Origin: a virus
Lineage: Duplodnaviria; Caudoviricetes
Strand: one strand, 5' to 3'
DNA length: 64,000 nucleotides
IMG/VR virus record: IMGVR_UViG_3300016649_000355
Shown: in pieces, positions 14,501 through 22,244 of the stretch
How positions within the stretch are numbered: position 1 is the first letter of the stretch
How the letters are laid out: each line of letters opens with the position of its first letter
Translations under genes and position numbers: made by a program
Notes under the pieces: model-generated
What the model saw: the letters and a program-made list of their open reading frames with translations, nothing else
Database searches by the model: none
Told to the model about the DNA's origin: nothing

Positions 14501-17500
14501 CGCCAATAAGAGAAAATAATATAGCCCTGAAATTTGATAGGACCACATATACTTCTCAGGTCACCGACTGGGAAGCAGGAAGATTTTACGGAGCTTTTTA
14601 TGCAGGTGCCTACACAAGCGAAGATTTATCTAGCTCGTCCGTGCAATTATACAGCGAATATCCACCAATTGACAACATACTGGCAAGTAATCAAGGATTG
14701 GTATTAGAAATAACCGATGTAGAAAATGATCAAACATTAACATGGTCATCCTTTGTTCGTTCAGTAGAACAAACTATCGGGGGAGCGTCTGATATAATAA
14801 GACTAGAATATGATTCCACCGAACCAAATGCATCGGGGTCTACAATTGGTTTTTATGTTGGAATGCCTATCAAGTTTGTAGGCGCGGTAGTAGGTACGAA
14901 TATAATAGATAGCCAAACATATTATGTTCATACTATAGTGAACGACAGTGATTTTAAGATCAGTAGTTCTGTTAGCGGATCCGTACTCAACCTCAACTCA
15001 GTAACTATAGGGGCAGCAGGATTATCATGCTATGTAGGTGAAGTCACGAATGTCGCGGTGATCACTGCTAATTACCCCGGCATAATGTCTGCTACTGCCA
15101 CATCTTCTTTAAATAATGCGATCACTATACCAAAATCAGTAGTGGGAACAGGCGGCACAATAGGTTTTTACACAAATCTCCCTGTATTTTTTACCAATAC
15201 TGTGTTCGGTGGTATCATACAAAACGAGATTTATTATGTAACTACCGTTATCGATGGCGAAACATTTACATTATCGGAAACTCAAAATCCGTTAATATTA
15301 ACAGTCACTAATACCACATCATCAACAAATGTCGTGACAGTATCATCTACAGAAAATCTTTCTATAAATGAACCGTTGATATTTACAGGAACAACATTTG
15401 GTGGAATCACGGCAGGAACATTATACTATATCAATAGTATTGAAAGTTCGACTACATTTAAGATATCAACAGAATTTAATGGACCTGTGTTGACACTAAC
15501 AACTGCATCAGGTACTTGCATATTGACTAGTCAGGCTGATGTTGTGCAATTAACAACTGCTACCGGCAACATGACAATCAATGTTAATCTTCCTGTAAGT
15601 CCAGGCCAAGTAAATGGACAAGAATTTACTTTATATCAGACATCAGAAGAATATCCCGGCGTCACGGGCGCCGAAAGTAATCTGATCGAAAGAATCATCG
15701 AAGTGGCTATCGGTTCCGGGGTAAATATATTACCAATTAAAACATCAAGTGGAGCACTAACAAATGTTTATGTAAATATGCCTGTAAGATTTTCTGCTGC
15801 ACTGGGAGGTTTATCGGCTGCTACAACTTATTATGTTAAAACGACTGGTACTATTGAAGTAGAAGTAACAAATACTTCAAGTTCAACGAATCGGTTGACT
15901 ACTCTAAGTACAGCCGAATTATATGTTGGGATGTCAATCATATTCTCGGGTAATGTGTTTGGAAATATTTCTGAAAATACTCAATATTATGTATTAAGCA
16001 TCGTTAATGCTACACAGTTTACCATTTCTACATCAATATCCGGTTCAGCATTAATATTGACTACCAGTTCAGGTTCAATGACTGGTACAGGAGAAACATA
16101 TATTCAAGTTTCAGCGACACTAGGCGGATCAGTTTTCGCGCTTAGTGCAGGTAGAAACTATGGTCCAATCACCGCCACGCAATATCCTAACCCTACAGGC
16201 ACCGATGATCCTGAATTTGCTGTAAGGTATATATTAGGGGGGTATAGCGTGATCATCACCAATGATAGTTCTGGTTACGCTACAACGAACACTATCACGA
16301 TCCCGGGCACATCGTTGGGTGGATTGACCCCAGATAACGATCTCACATTGACTGTTAGTGATATAGGTAATAATGGTGAAATAGAATCACTGATCGCTTC
16401 AGGTAATCCAGCCGGTATAGCAAAACAATATTATCTAAAAGTTATATCTCCCAATCAATTTGAAGTTTACTCAAATCAATTAATGACAGTTCCGGTAACT
16501 GGTATAGGATTCAACTATCAAGGATATAAGACAACAACTGTTTTAGAAACACAGTCTGCCACTGATATAATTACTGTGGATAGTACTACAGATTTTGAAG
16601 TGAATGACGCAGTGGTATTCAGTGGGAATGTGACAGGAGGAATCACCCCATATCAAACATATTATATTCTTGATAATGTTAATTTTACCCCTACTACTTT
16701 TCAAATTAGTACTGTCCCCGGCGGAAGTGTATTTGGATTATCAACTGCTTTATCGCAGAATTATACTATGGCAAAAGCTGGCAGTTATGCATATCTACCC
16801 GAACCCTTCTATTTCAATCAAAGTATCGTTAAGTATAACAACAGGGTATATGTCTGTATCATCTCAAATAATGACGACGAATTTATTTTTGGTAAATGGG
16901 AATTATTAAGTCCCGGAGATAGAAGATTAAATGCATTAGATAGAATTGTTGGTTATTATCAACCCACTGTAAATATGCCGGGCTTAGATTTGACACAACT
17001 GGTAAATGGAATTTCTTACCCTAATCCAATTTATCTAGACAATCCTTTCGAACCCGACCAGCAATTTACATATGACACTCTACTATCAGATCAAGAATTT
17101 TATCCAACCGAGATCGACATAAAAGGTATTGTTTATGATGGGTCAAATTACTTAGGTCCATCAGATAGCCCAGAGTATTCAGCAATAGTTTCAAGCCCAA
17201 CTACACAGTCGTGGAGCATAAACACCTTGTCTAATCAAGTGTTAAATGCTACAGATATTATCTATGCAAATGGATTATATGTGATCACTACGAACAATAG
17301 TGCAACACCTATTTATCGTAGTAATAACGGAATAAGTTGGACCACTAATGGTCAGTTCACTCCTTATGGGTACAGTGGATATGATGATTTACCCTACGAT
17401 GTCACTTCATTAAGTGTTTCGTCACTTTCTCTCAATAGTGTTGCATATGGGTCGAACAAATTTATTGCTGTTGGAGAAAATATTATTTCTTCTACTGATA

Positions 17501-20500
17501 CCTATTCATGGACAGAAAGATATGAATTTACTGATGGATTATTGAACCAATTAAATGGTGTAACTTACGCAAATACAGGTAGCTTTTCTGGATTTGTCGC
17601 AGTAGGATCAAGCCAAGAGTACGATTATTCGTCTGGATTAACTCAAATAGTCGATAGAAATGCAATATTGATCAGTAGCACCGGTGACACATGGAACAAA
17701 CTTTCTAGTATTTCACCACAAACTTTTTATACCGTAACTTTTGGTAACGGAATTTTGCTTGCAGCAGGAGAAAACAATGTAAAATACTATAGCCAAAACG
17801 GAACAACTTGGTTCGGCATTAATCAAACTGAAGTTTTAAGTGTAAATACCGCAACAAATGTTATAGTTGTAACATCTACTATTGGTTTTTCAGTCAATGA
17901 TCCTATAAGAATTACTTCAGCCTTTAGCAATTTAAGTGTAGGCACAACATATTATATCCAAGCAGTAGTTAATTCTACTCAGCTCCGTGTATCATCTAGT
18001 TCAGGTGGTTCAGCAATAACTCTGGCAGTTGGCGATCCGTCGACAAGAACATGGGTAAATGCGTATCCTATGGGCGAGACACTAAAAGATTTAATTTATG
18101 CGAATTCGATCTTCATGGCAGTGGGACAAAATGGATTTATAGAAACTAGCCCAGATGGTATATTTTGGACATCGCAAACTAGCGGTGTAGCTGAAAATCT
18201 TAATGCCATAACCTACAACTCCGCAGAGTCTTTATTTGTTGTTGTTGGAGACAACAACACTATCATTCAAAGTTCTGATAACGGAGTGACCTGGACAAGT
18301 AGTTCAGTGTTTGTTCAAGATCCCACAGTATATGATGTAGTTGGAAATCCATTTCAATCAGGATATGGCCCAGAGGAATTAGTGCCAGGATTTGTATCAG
18401 ACAATTTGACTATGATCGTGAATACGAGACCGGGAACGAATTGGGATGTGACTGAGTATGCGCATGTAGGTTATAAAGTTTTTTCACTAGAACTGATTCC
18501 TTTAGATGCTATTCAAACTGTTTATAGTTTTGCAGGATATGTACAAACTCCTGCACTAATATATGTGGCAATCATCGACGGTACAACTATGTTGAGCAAT
18601 TCAATATATGAGCCCCAATACACTATAGATTGGATAAATTTCACTATCACCTTAAATTCGCCTCTGACATTTACGCCTGTTACTGATAAATTAAGAATTG
18701 ACATTTATGAGGTTGGTAATGGCGATCAGTTAGTAAAGTCTAACAGTGAGACTGACCCGCTACGATACAACAGTGTGACCGGATTTACAGAAATTTATTT
18801 AAATTGTAATTATAGCGATACTATTTTTAACGGCGGCGGCGCGATTCGTCCGGGAACTGAGCCTAGATATGTAAATGCAATACAAACAGATTCAATTGAT
18901 GATACAATTTTGTGTGATTCAGTGGATAGTTTCTTATTAAATTCTGCTATAAAATTTCAAGGAAATGTTTTCGGGGGACTACAAGAAGATACAACATATT
19001 ATGTAAAAACTATTAGCACATTTACCAATAAGATCACCGTATCTACTAGTTACAATATCGGATCAGGAACAGCGGGTCCAACATATCAAGTAACAACTAA
19101 CAGTGGCTCTATGACAGCGGTAATTCAAACTGGATCAGGTCTAGTATGGTCAGACCCCTTTGTGTACCATAATGGCAACAAATTAGTATGGGGTATTACT
19201 GGTACAGTAACAAGGACAAAAAATACCAACAACAGGCTCACTGTTAATACTACTTCTGGTTTAGCAGCGAATGATCCAATAACATTCTCTTCAAATATAT
19301 TTGGTGGTATAAGCCCTAATGTTACTTACTATATCAGCCAGGTAATCGATAATAACGAAATTACTATCTCTACCTCCCCCGGCGGGGCAGAGGTCGTATT
19401 AACCGCTGCCACCGGTAGCGCACAGTTTATAACAAATGATTTTGCTATAGGAATACAACCTAACAGTGTCCAGGCAAAATTGATATTCGTGGATAGTTAT
19501 GTACAAGGGACTGACTATTTGGTATACTCGATATTCGGAGAGACGACTCCTGATCAATATGGATATACTATTCCAACCGCTCAACTAATCGCTTCTACGG
19601 GAAGTAACACTTATGCTTTAACCAATTATCTGGGTGGTGCTAATGAATATAATGCAATAGTAGAAGTCGATGGAATAAGACAAACTATATCACAGTATGA
19701 CATTAATGTAAACAACAGCAATATTACTTTTGTATCACCGCCCCCGGCAAACTCTATAATAACAGTAACAACCTATAATCTAACTGATAGACAATACCTA
19801 AATACTCAATATGGAATCACAGGATCACCTGGGGCAGCATCGTTGACATTGAATATAGGAAATTCTGTGCATGAACCGGGTTATGATACTTTGGTAACGG
19901 CGGGGTTTTTTATTATAGGAACAGAGTATATCATAGAAACGATCGGAACCACAGACTTTACTTTGATCGGCGCAGCAAGTAATACAGTTGGTATAGCATT
20001 TGTTGCTACTGGGGCAGGTACAGGTACAGGTACAGCAGCAATTGGTTGGTCTAGTGGCGTGATAACTACTGCTGGATCATTTACAATAGGTGGTAATTAT
20101 GAGATATTGACAGTAGGTACTACAGATTTTACTCTGATAGGTTCTCCTGATAACAACATAGGTACAATGTTTACAGCTACCGGAGTAGGTTCGGGAACAG
20201 GAACAGCAGGTACTGGGCTATTTGGGCCGGGGCCCGACTATCTTGAATTGTCTTCAGGTAATACCAGTAATTTGAATATCAATGATACTATTACATTCTC
20301 GTCACCCACGATAGGTGGACTAGTAGCCGGAGTTACATATTATGTTGTAGAAATTATAGACTCTACTAAATTTGCGATTTCGACACTAGTAGGCGGTGAT
20401 CCTATTACATTGACGACTGAATCGGGCGCGATGACGGGGTCTACTAACCCATTAAGTGTCTCTGATGTTTCTGGGGTAAACAATACAATCACTCCGCCAC

Positions 20501-22080
20501 TGGATGTAGTTAGTGTCACTGCTACAGATAGCGTAACTGACTATATCACCTGTGACGATACAAGCAATTTTGTTATTGGTCAAACAATTATTTTCAGGGG
20601 AACAAGTTTTGGTGGAATAAACACTAACGGTCTTGTTTATTTTGTCCGAAGCGTAATAGATTCTACAGATTTCACAATCATGGATGAGACAGGGACTTTA
20701 GTTACGGTAACAACTGATACAGGATTGATGATCGCTACTGTGGGCGGTACACCAACAGTGACTATAACTACATCTCAGCCTCACAACTTTATAGAAAATG
20801 AAAAAATTAGGATAGATGATTTAACAGGGGCCGATCAACTAAATAATAATGTTTACTACGCACATATTATAAATTCAACCGTATTTGAAATTTATACCGA
20901 ACCATATGATCCAGCATTCGGGGCAGTAAACTATCCCGTTACAACAATCAACGCATATATATCCGGAGGATATGTATGGAAAGATGGATTATTCACATTA
21001 ATCACAACTACAACTACAGGATCCTCTAGTTCAGGAAATATTATTACTGTTCAATCTACTGAAAACCTTGAAGCCAATACTCCTGTGATATTTACCAAAT
21101 ACGGTAACGATGTGGGTGATAACATATTGGGTGGCATAATATACGGCACCACTTATTATGTTAAAGAGGTTTTAAATTCAACCTCATTTAAAATAAGTGC
21201 TACTAGGGGAGGAACTATATTTACCCTTACCACAGCCACTGCGGTAGTCAATGTAACACAATGGGAACAAACAAATGTTGATCGACTATGGGTCACTGTC
21301 AATGGATATAGAGTTCCGTCATCTAAATTAAGATTAAACCCTGATAATAATCTTAGCATATTGACGACCATAGTAGCAGGAGATGAAGTGATCATTACTA
21401 GCATGATACCATCAAGCACCCCCAATGAAGAAGTTTATTTACTGAATGTAAATCAAACAAATAATGCGGTAGTTTATAGGGCTAATACTGAAACAAGAAC
21501 ATGGCTCACTCAAAACTTAGACATAACTGACTCTACGATACATGTTTATGATGTTACTAGAATAACAGATATTGTTTCACAAACAAATACTACCCCTGCC
21601 GCGATAGATGATAAGCACTATATAGGATTGATCGCAGATAAGAATATCATTTCTAATATCACTGTTTATAATGAAACTACTGGCGAATATATTGATAGCG
21701 AAAATTACAGACTAATCATAGAAGATTTAAGTCCAATACTTGAAATTGACAATGGTCCTTACATCACTGCGGGTGATATATTGTTAATCACGATATTAGA
21801 GGGTAACTTAATTATGATTAACGGAGAGCAAATCAAATTTACCAATGCTGATCTAACAAACAATACAATTTCAGGCTTGCAGCGTGGCGCAAATGGCACT
21901 TCCGCAAATCAATTTGTTCCTAAATTCACTGAAGTTTACAGCCTCCTCTCGAATAATAGAATGACGAATATAAATTATCAATTGACTTGGAATAGCGATA
22001 TTTATAATGCTACACTAGGTGATCCTCTACAAATAAGTGAAACCAATGCAGCAGAATTCTTAAGAACCGATATTACCTGA
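2593..22080 (+). CDS. Giant (6495 aa) virion structural protein, baseplate/long-fibre type, with two beta-propeller regions and many repeated beta modules
   Basis: Uninterrupted 19.5-kb ORF rich in T/S/G/N. FG-GAP-like blades at ~9970-11850, Asp-box motifs at ~17310-18300 and ~17 copies of a ~75-aa module. Flanked by baseplate and fibre genes. Confidence 0.75.
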   Translation: MATRIRTLNFLPEVFKTPTNAQFLNATLDQIVSQPAVRRVEGYIGSKLGYGINAKDYYVTEPTKVRTDYQLDPGIVTTKIDESTAKDFISYPGLLDSIKLNGGITDNNSRLFKSQIYSWDSFTDLDKIINFNQYYWLPDGPEAVTVASDTIYSTTDYLVTDVINGYQINPLGQSGGALNPTLTLLRGGTYRFSVNQLTQFWIQGEPGVTGFDPSQPNIQTRDILGVENNGATNGIVTFTVPSKDAQSQYNFPGNNIVDVVSTSTFAEINGRRISDIGSIDGITSLDGLTVMFYETGLPNEVGYVSKFYDATPYDNNGGFVSPITIQVTNTSSTGNLITCDSTANLSVNSSITFSGVPFGNLTTGTIYYVLTVDSATEFTISESIGGSPVALVNASGTLTGNVNQGLFEEGYYTTVNQYFYRITYVGDLSDPVISLTPEVEIPINEKITAKFGTEFINRNFYKSSAGNIIIYPYLSAILDTLYYQDGTSDNKVGVIRLIESNVTNSIDVETDILGKVNYTAPNGVVFTNGLKVEFNGSIEPASYLTGEYYVEGVGTAIELIPTNQLIAPEPFTVGNFIPYDTTPYDIGNYDSNLYIPATPDYITIARNSINKNAWSRSNRWFHVDVINATAQYNNNPDLATLYATAEAKAKRPIIEFYPNLALFNSGVIGKDFIDFIDFRTTDAFSQVAGQQNYYPDVTAYSTYSASITGVTANIVRSVTDTTASGNFITCSSTTGFHVNDKVVFTGTVFGGVIVNATYYIESIVDSTKFTISSEQNGEVFVLSTASGTMTATITPLTTTITVSSDAITGNIAVNQYITDSTNLLPRNSIVTDISGTSTLTLTVTWNTPEFFTSSINSSSLIFTDTTNDNYALFEGSRVVFANDTDPEVRNKIYVSRFSTVTGTSTPVITLTPAQDGSVLPKDQTVAFRGYNNQGKDFYFDGTDWNLSQQKTDVNQPPLFDIFDENGISFGDSEIYVGTSFQGNKLFAYGIGSGIDDIYLGFPIRYSSIDNVGDINFDVSLNLDTFDYVRNSQPITQKVNTGYVYNYTTRTIFERELGWQTAIADSTQYQVFQFPYVLGQVSLSFTCDIAKLSDDDSAWPTIQVFNNNNFLSSDEYVVDTTSTTTIITLNQAPTEDTVIEILLLSDQVSNQAYYTIPVNLSNNPLNGDLTTADLGDIRGHYQSIFYNNPDTTGPVFGANNYRDLGNIVPYGTRIIQNSASLVLPGLFSRNSQYNLSNALLFNSRQYITFKTLLVDTINKTAYEQRYNPAEILDAALDVITSYKVDTEPFFWSDMIPSKAAFITNTYSFANSLDVSIYPLSRIYNFNTANYYGVLVYLTRTVDGFTFTQQLIKNVDYTISEDSPSLTVTLDLLANDQITIKEYNQTYGSYVPNTPTKLGLYPSFVPEVVLDSAYTVPTYFIRGHDGSYTKLYGDYIPETNTLIDFRDQGLLEFEKRIYNNLKLSSAIPINFYDVIPGFSRDTDYTWDEIMQIYSPLFLTWVGENRIDYKTQLYNSGNQFTYNYSDSGNKVNKKPIQQGYWRGVYSYFYDSVNPDTAPWEMIGYSDQPGWWTSRYGPAPYTSDNLILWNDLAQGIDYNDGIPRVLPQYIRPELLQILPVDSNGNLLSPFNSIVGNYNGNTFRKDWKVGDDSPAEFSYRRSSSWPFDLMRLYSLTQPANFFNLGVDLDNYRYSDEFDQYLVNDRSHLILNQIQIYGSGTAKTSYINWIVDYEKQLGVNSTEAITDLLNNVDVRLVYRLAGFSDKTLLKFYVEKGTPNSRNASLLIPDESYTVLLYDNQPFDRIIYSGVVVQKTNDGYKVYGNSQTETYFRISKPENNGKFINLDVEGVKIKLATDYTSQTILVPYGYQFGSIQEVSQFLMSYGNRLQQQGMKFDKIENGIEVTWQQMVLEFAYWSQTGWEIGSIVTINPAATQIQIEKDSYVVQPLTIQRQNFILNQNLYPIQTKDLNILRDETLFNVEPLNPGDALSYGQFDISNFEHGIVFDNVTLFNDVIYNLVTGLRQNRILLRGTKTAEWNGTVTTSGFILNQDNILTWQQGVKYTKGAIVKYKNKYWTAIKIIEAKTVFDELDWKVTDYNEIQKGLLPNSSTRSYESTLYFNCNRTNLERDGDLLAFSLIGYRPRDYLALADLTDVTQINVYKNLIKMKGTRDAARAFKGATLPQGGIDYDIYENWAIKSAEFGGVLSDNFVEFKVNEKYMTGNPSIVGLTNGVYTEGVQQEVPIYSLYNYNQPINNPSILTTIPVDTPDILYPSAGYVNYNDVKMSAYYYANMPNGVDKNNQLVPISDLYVRDYIWLADYLGTWQVYTPASNGQIIFVKNNLNGTATIQFAEPHNLNQYGIFAIVNFNINVNGYYVVQLVVDPYRVIVNLNLNTSVREISGQGIALNFENQRVAEPSDIINLNLLGSEFAKNKVWVDTNNDGSWAVYRKSLNYQYEKEFLKDNTQTFGSAVAYTNELGYLIGDADDGNVYRYTFSPLVEDYTVTQTLTFGPSFGTTIVHEQEIFVISEPTNTPRVHIYELLNTAASKDLTSYQSPISRPGPVTGEWGTALALSGDKKWLYISAYEDALVYVYRLSQISNEYEFSNTIDGTALGLTGSDKFGYSITTDYYGDTVVIGSPNEDYDVTTDNWGRAYVYYRSTQNFEAQYTSIPNVAQTFALGWSPTTTTITVTATTASNDRFTCADSSLFDDDQPVLFSGTIIADSNVSPDTVYYIYDKPTGTTFRLTTVRGELANIVDILANGSGSMTMTVQDTPLYVSVNGILVEDNNYGVIGSTFYYTGSLIAGDIVNVSGNEFVKLQTLTTETTPRVGVHFGQSLDTTGFGMEIIVGAPFELNTQNQEGAAYRYTNGGERYGLVIGTGVVDVTATRILLINGFSVTIPVGSASVAANAINGSGVSNVQALANADGTLTIQLINSNLAQVNNKLSLAAFSETTLNELGINLYTQTQIINCPHVQGPTQFGSTVKYGTQGSVVISAPAGTRYAGTTFDFTDDENLDNDTVFDNNATQFVDAYPNAGAVYMFDYLSNYNENLSNPGKYVYAQSVNARNQTYGLQPYYGHALDFYDNHILIGTPEFNEGTDYGQVVSYESLTSATDWEIYRQSSAIVDIQKIKNIQLFSAETNETLEHLDYIDPLQGKILGSVRQNIDVVSNVDPAYYTNSVDRNIGVIWGKDKVGQTWLNTSNMKYVNYHQDSVEYNSKYWGTLFPGSDPAVYTWIESNVTPDQYAGPGTPYDITSYTTGYVTNNIQTVSPVYYFWVRNTNTVYTLEGKTLADSILESYILNSKASGIAYFAPLLPNVFALYNSQSYINANDSVLHIGYSTGSGNVETHNQYSLIRSNYADDFLPGLPGVGNVTRPESLYDRMLDSLSGVDEAGNVVPNPYLPKAVQLGVLARPRQSFFLNRFLALKNYFTFANDILAQYPITEIRENASFLFAEGEFFNTPDYWEYINYWATGYDNNTKSALQVQIYADLLTLSVAEGTIVRVAQNGDGKAETYIYQESIWIRIGLENGTIRLKDSLWDYAAARTGYGDNFFDTDVFDFYPSEETRYIIRALNEQIYIDELALFRNTSLILLFEYIQSETTESQNYLPWLNKTSLIDVSHTIRELLPLEVFQSDNQDFLSGYLNEIKPYHVVIKDFLFKYTGENVFEGDITDFDLPAQFNFNQNQFITPQLVYSNPNGINQYTPDSTIWQESAYKSWFENYGVSITGQDDVLMTTLASYLTLNSTAFVVDNANGFPINGVIRIGTEEIGYSSVDRNLNVLTGLTRGVNGTTVSTHLPGEQIYMDLPAVTVLNGGRGYSEPPKVTAYIDTSIYPEPRDPAILQANMDLDTVLSVTVIDPGSGYAVLPEIRIDPSISIIFASTEVSTVTNTITLYAPLLQTGDLVKYIAGEDSTTIGGLENNQWYYINVLETVPTVSIALYTNYSGAINDEDRVTFYTSGTGSNHKIEVGARATSITSAAPIRENNIALKFDRTTYTSQVTDWEAGRFYGAFYAGAYTSEDLSSSSVQLYSEYPPIDNILASNQGLVLEITDVENDQTLTWSSFVRSVEQTIGGASDIIRLEYDSTEPNASGSTIGFYVGMPIKFVGAVVGTNIIDSQTYYVHTIVNDSDFKISSSVSGSVLNLNSVTIGAAGLSCYVGEVTNVAVITANYPGIMSATATSSLNNAITIPKSVVGTGGTIGFYTNLPVFFTNTVFGGIIQNEIYYVTTVIDGETFTLSETQNPLILTVTNTTSSTNVVTVSSTENLSINEPLIFTGTTFGGITAGTLYYINSIESSTTFKISTEFNGPVLTLTTASGTCILTSQADVVQLTTATGNMTINVNLPVSPGQVNGQEFTLYQTSEEYPGVTGAESNLIERIIEVAIGSGVNILPIKTSSGALTNVYVNMPVRFSAALGGLSAATTYYVKTTGTIEVEVTNTSSSTNRLTTLSTAELYVGMSIIFSGNVFGNISENTQYYVLSIVNATQFTISTSISGSALILTTSSGSMTGTGETYIQVSATLGGSVFALSAGRNYGPITATQYPNPTGTDDPEFAVRYILGGYSVIITNDSSGYATTNTITIPGTSLGGLTPDNDLTLTVSDIGNNGEIESLIASGNPAGIAKQYYLKVISPNQFEVYSNQLMTVPVTGIGFNYQGYKTTTVLETQSATDIITVDSTTDFEVNDAVVFSGNVTGGITPYQTYYILDNVNFTPTTFQISTVPGGSVFGLSTALSQNYTMAKAGSYAYLPEPFYFNQSIVKYNNRVYVCIISNNDDEFIFGKWELLSPGDRRLNALDRIVGYYQPTVNMPGLDLTQLVNGISYPNPIYLDNPFEPDQQFTYDTLLSDQEFYPTEIDIKGIVYDGSNYLGPSDSPEYSAIVSSPTTQSWSINTLSNQVLNATDIIYANGLYVITTNNSATPIYRSNNGISWTTNGQFTPYGYSGYDDLPYDVTSLSVSSLSLNSVAYGSNKFIAVGENIISSTDTYSWTERYEFTDGLLNQLNGVTYANTGSFSGFVAVGSSQEYDYSSGLTQIVDRNAILISSTGDTWNKLSSISPQTFYTVTFGNGILLAAGENNVKYYSQNGTTWFGINQTEVLSVNTATNVIVVTSTIGFSVNDPIRITSAFSNLSVGTTYYIQAVVNSTQLRVSSSSGGSAITLAVGDPSTRTWVNAYPMGETLKDLIYANSIFMAVGQNGFIETSPDGIFWTSQTSGVAENLNAITYNSAESLFVVVGDNNTIIQSSDNGVTWTSSSVFVQDPTVYDVVGNPFQSGYGPEELVPGFVSDNLTMIVNTRPGTNWDVTEYAHVGYKVFSLELIPLDAIQTVYSFAGYVQTPALIYVAIIDGTTMLSNSIYEPQYTIDWINFTITLNSPLTFTPVTDKLRIDIYEVGNGDQLVKSNSETDPLRYNSVTGFTEIYLNCNYSDTIFNGGGAIRPGTEPRYVNAIQTDSIDDTILCDSVDSFLLNSAIKFQGNVFGGLQEDTTYYVKTISTFTNKITVSTSYNIGSGTAGPTYQVTTNSGSMTAVIQTGSGLVWSDPFVYHNGNKLVWGITGTVTRTKNTNNRLTVNTTSGLAANDPITFSSNIFGGISPNVTYYISQVIDNNEITISTSPGGAEVVLTAATGSAQFITNDFAIGIQPNSVQAKLIFVDSYVQGTDYLVYSIFGETTPDQYGYTIPTAQLIASTGSNTYALTNYLGGANEYNAIVEVDGIRQTISQYDINVNNSNITFVSPPPANSIITVTTYNLTDRQYLNTQYGITGSPGAASLTLNIGNSVHEPGYDTLVTAGFFIIGTEYIIETIGTTDFTLIGAASNTVGIAFVATGAGTGTGTAAIGWSSGVITTAGSFTIGGNYEILTVGTTDFTLIGSPDNNIGTMFTATGVGSGTGTAGTGLFGPGPDYLELSSGNTSNLNINDTITFSSPTIGGLVAGVTYYVVEIIDSTKFAISTLVGGDPITLTTESGAMTGSTNPLSVSDVSGVNNTITPPLDVVSVTATDSVTDYITCDDTSNFVIGQTIIFRGTSFGGINTNGLVYFVRSVIDSTDFTIMDETGTLVTVTTDTGLMIATVGGTPTVTITTSQPHNFIENEKIRIDDLTGADQLNNNVYYAHIINSTVFEIYTEPYDPAFGAVNYPVTTINAYISGGYVWKDGLFTLITTTTTGSSSSGNIITVQSTENLEANTPVIFTKYGNDVGDNILGGIIYGTTYYVKEVLNSTSFKISATRGGTIFTLTTATAVVNVTQWEQTNVDRLWVTVNGYRVPSSKLRLNPDNNLSILTTIVAGDEVIITSMIPSSTPNEEVYLLNVNQTNNAVVYRANTETRTWLTQNLDITDSTIHVYDVTRITDIVSQTNTTPAAIDDKHYIGLIADKNIISNITVYNETTGEYIDSENYRLIIEDLSPILEIDNGPYITAGDILLITILEGNLIMINGEQIKFTNADLTNNTISGLQRGANGTSANQFVPKFTEVYSLLSNNRMTNINYQLTWNSDIYNATLGDPLQISETNAAEFLRTDIT
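3560..21250 (+). repeat. Dispersed ~75-aa protein repeat (about 17 copies) within the giant protein
   Basis: Consensus roughly T...N.IT..ST..(L/F).V...I.F.G..FGG...G..YY(V/I)..(V/I)...T.F.IS....G....L....G.M. Copies near 3560, 4735, 10630, 14750, 15080, 15295, 15860, 16530, 17830, 18865, 19195, 20240, 20500 and 21000, plus degenerate ones. Confidence 0.75.
19897..20208 (+). repeat. Tandem duplicated ~47-aa motif TAG.F.IG..Y.I.T.GTTDFTLIG...N..G..F.ATG.G.GTGTA
   Basis: Two adjacent copies, starting at 19897 and ~20068, are visible in the translation. Confidence 0.8.
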
Positions 22081-22082
22081 AA

Positions 22083-22090
22083 GATAAATA
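22083..22090 (+). promoter_or_regulatory. Putative late-promoter motif GATAAATA
   Basis: T4-late-like (TATAAATA) octamer immediately after the giant gene stop, 4 nt before the ATG at 22095. Confidence 0.5.
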
Positions 22091-22094
22091 GATC

Positions 22095-22244
22095 ATGAAC
22101 AAAACTACGGACAATAAAGAAAAAGAGATAAAACAATCCGATAATAAACCAAATGAAATCGGAGGATTTTATTTTTCATCCCATATCAAAATTACTGATC
22201 CCAATACAAAAGAAGTTTTAGTACAAAAAAGAGGCGATAACTGA
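22095..22244 (+). CDS. Small hypothetical protein (49 aa), absent from the ORF track
   Basis: MNKTTDNKEKEIKQSDNKPNEIGGFYFSSHIKITDPNTKEVLVQKRGDN*. It fills the gap exactly, follows the late motif, and its TGA overlaps the next ATG (TGATG). Confidence 0.7.
   Translation: MNKTTDNKEKEIKQSDNKPNEIGGFYFSSHIKITDPNTKEVLVQKRGDN

Noticed and set aside
20010-20040. GGTACA short tandem repeat
   Set aside because: It simply encodes a Gly-Thr linker within the duplicated motif.
2593-22080. Inteins or introns in the giant ORF and radical SAM genes
   Set aside because: No intein splice-junction or LAGLIDADG/HNH motifs were recognised and the frames are continuous. An HMM search would be needed to exclude them fully.
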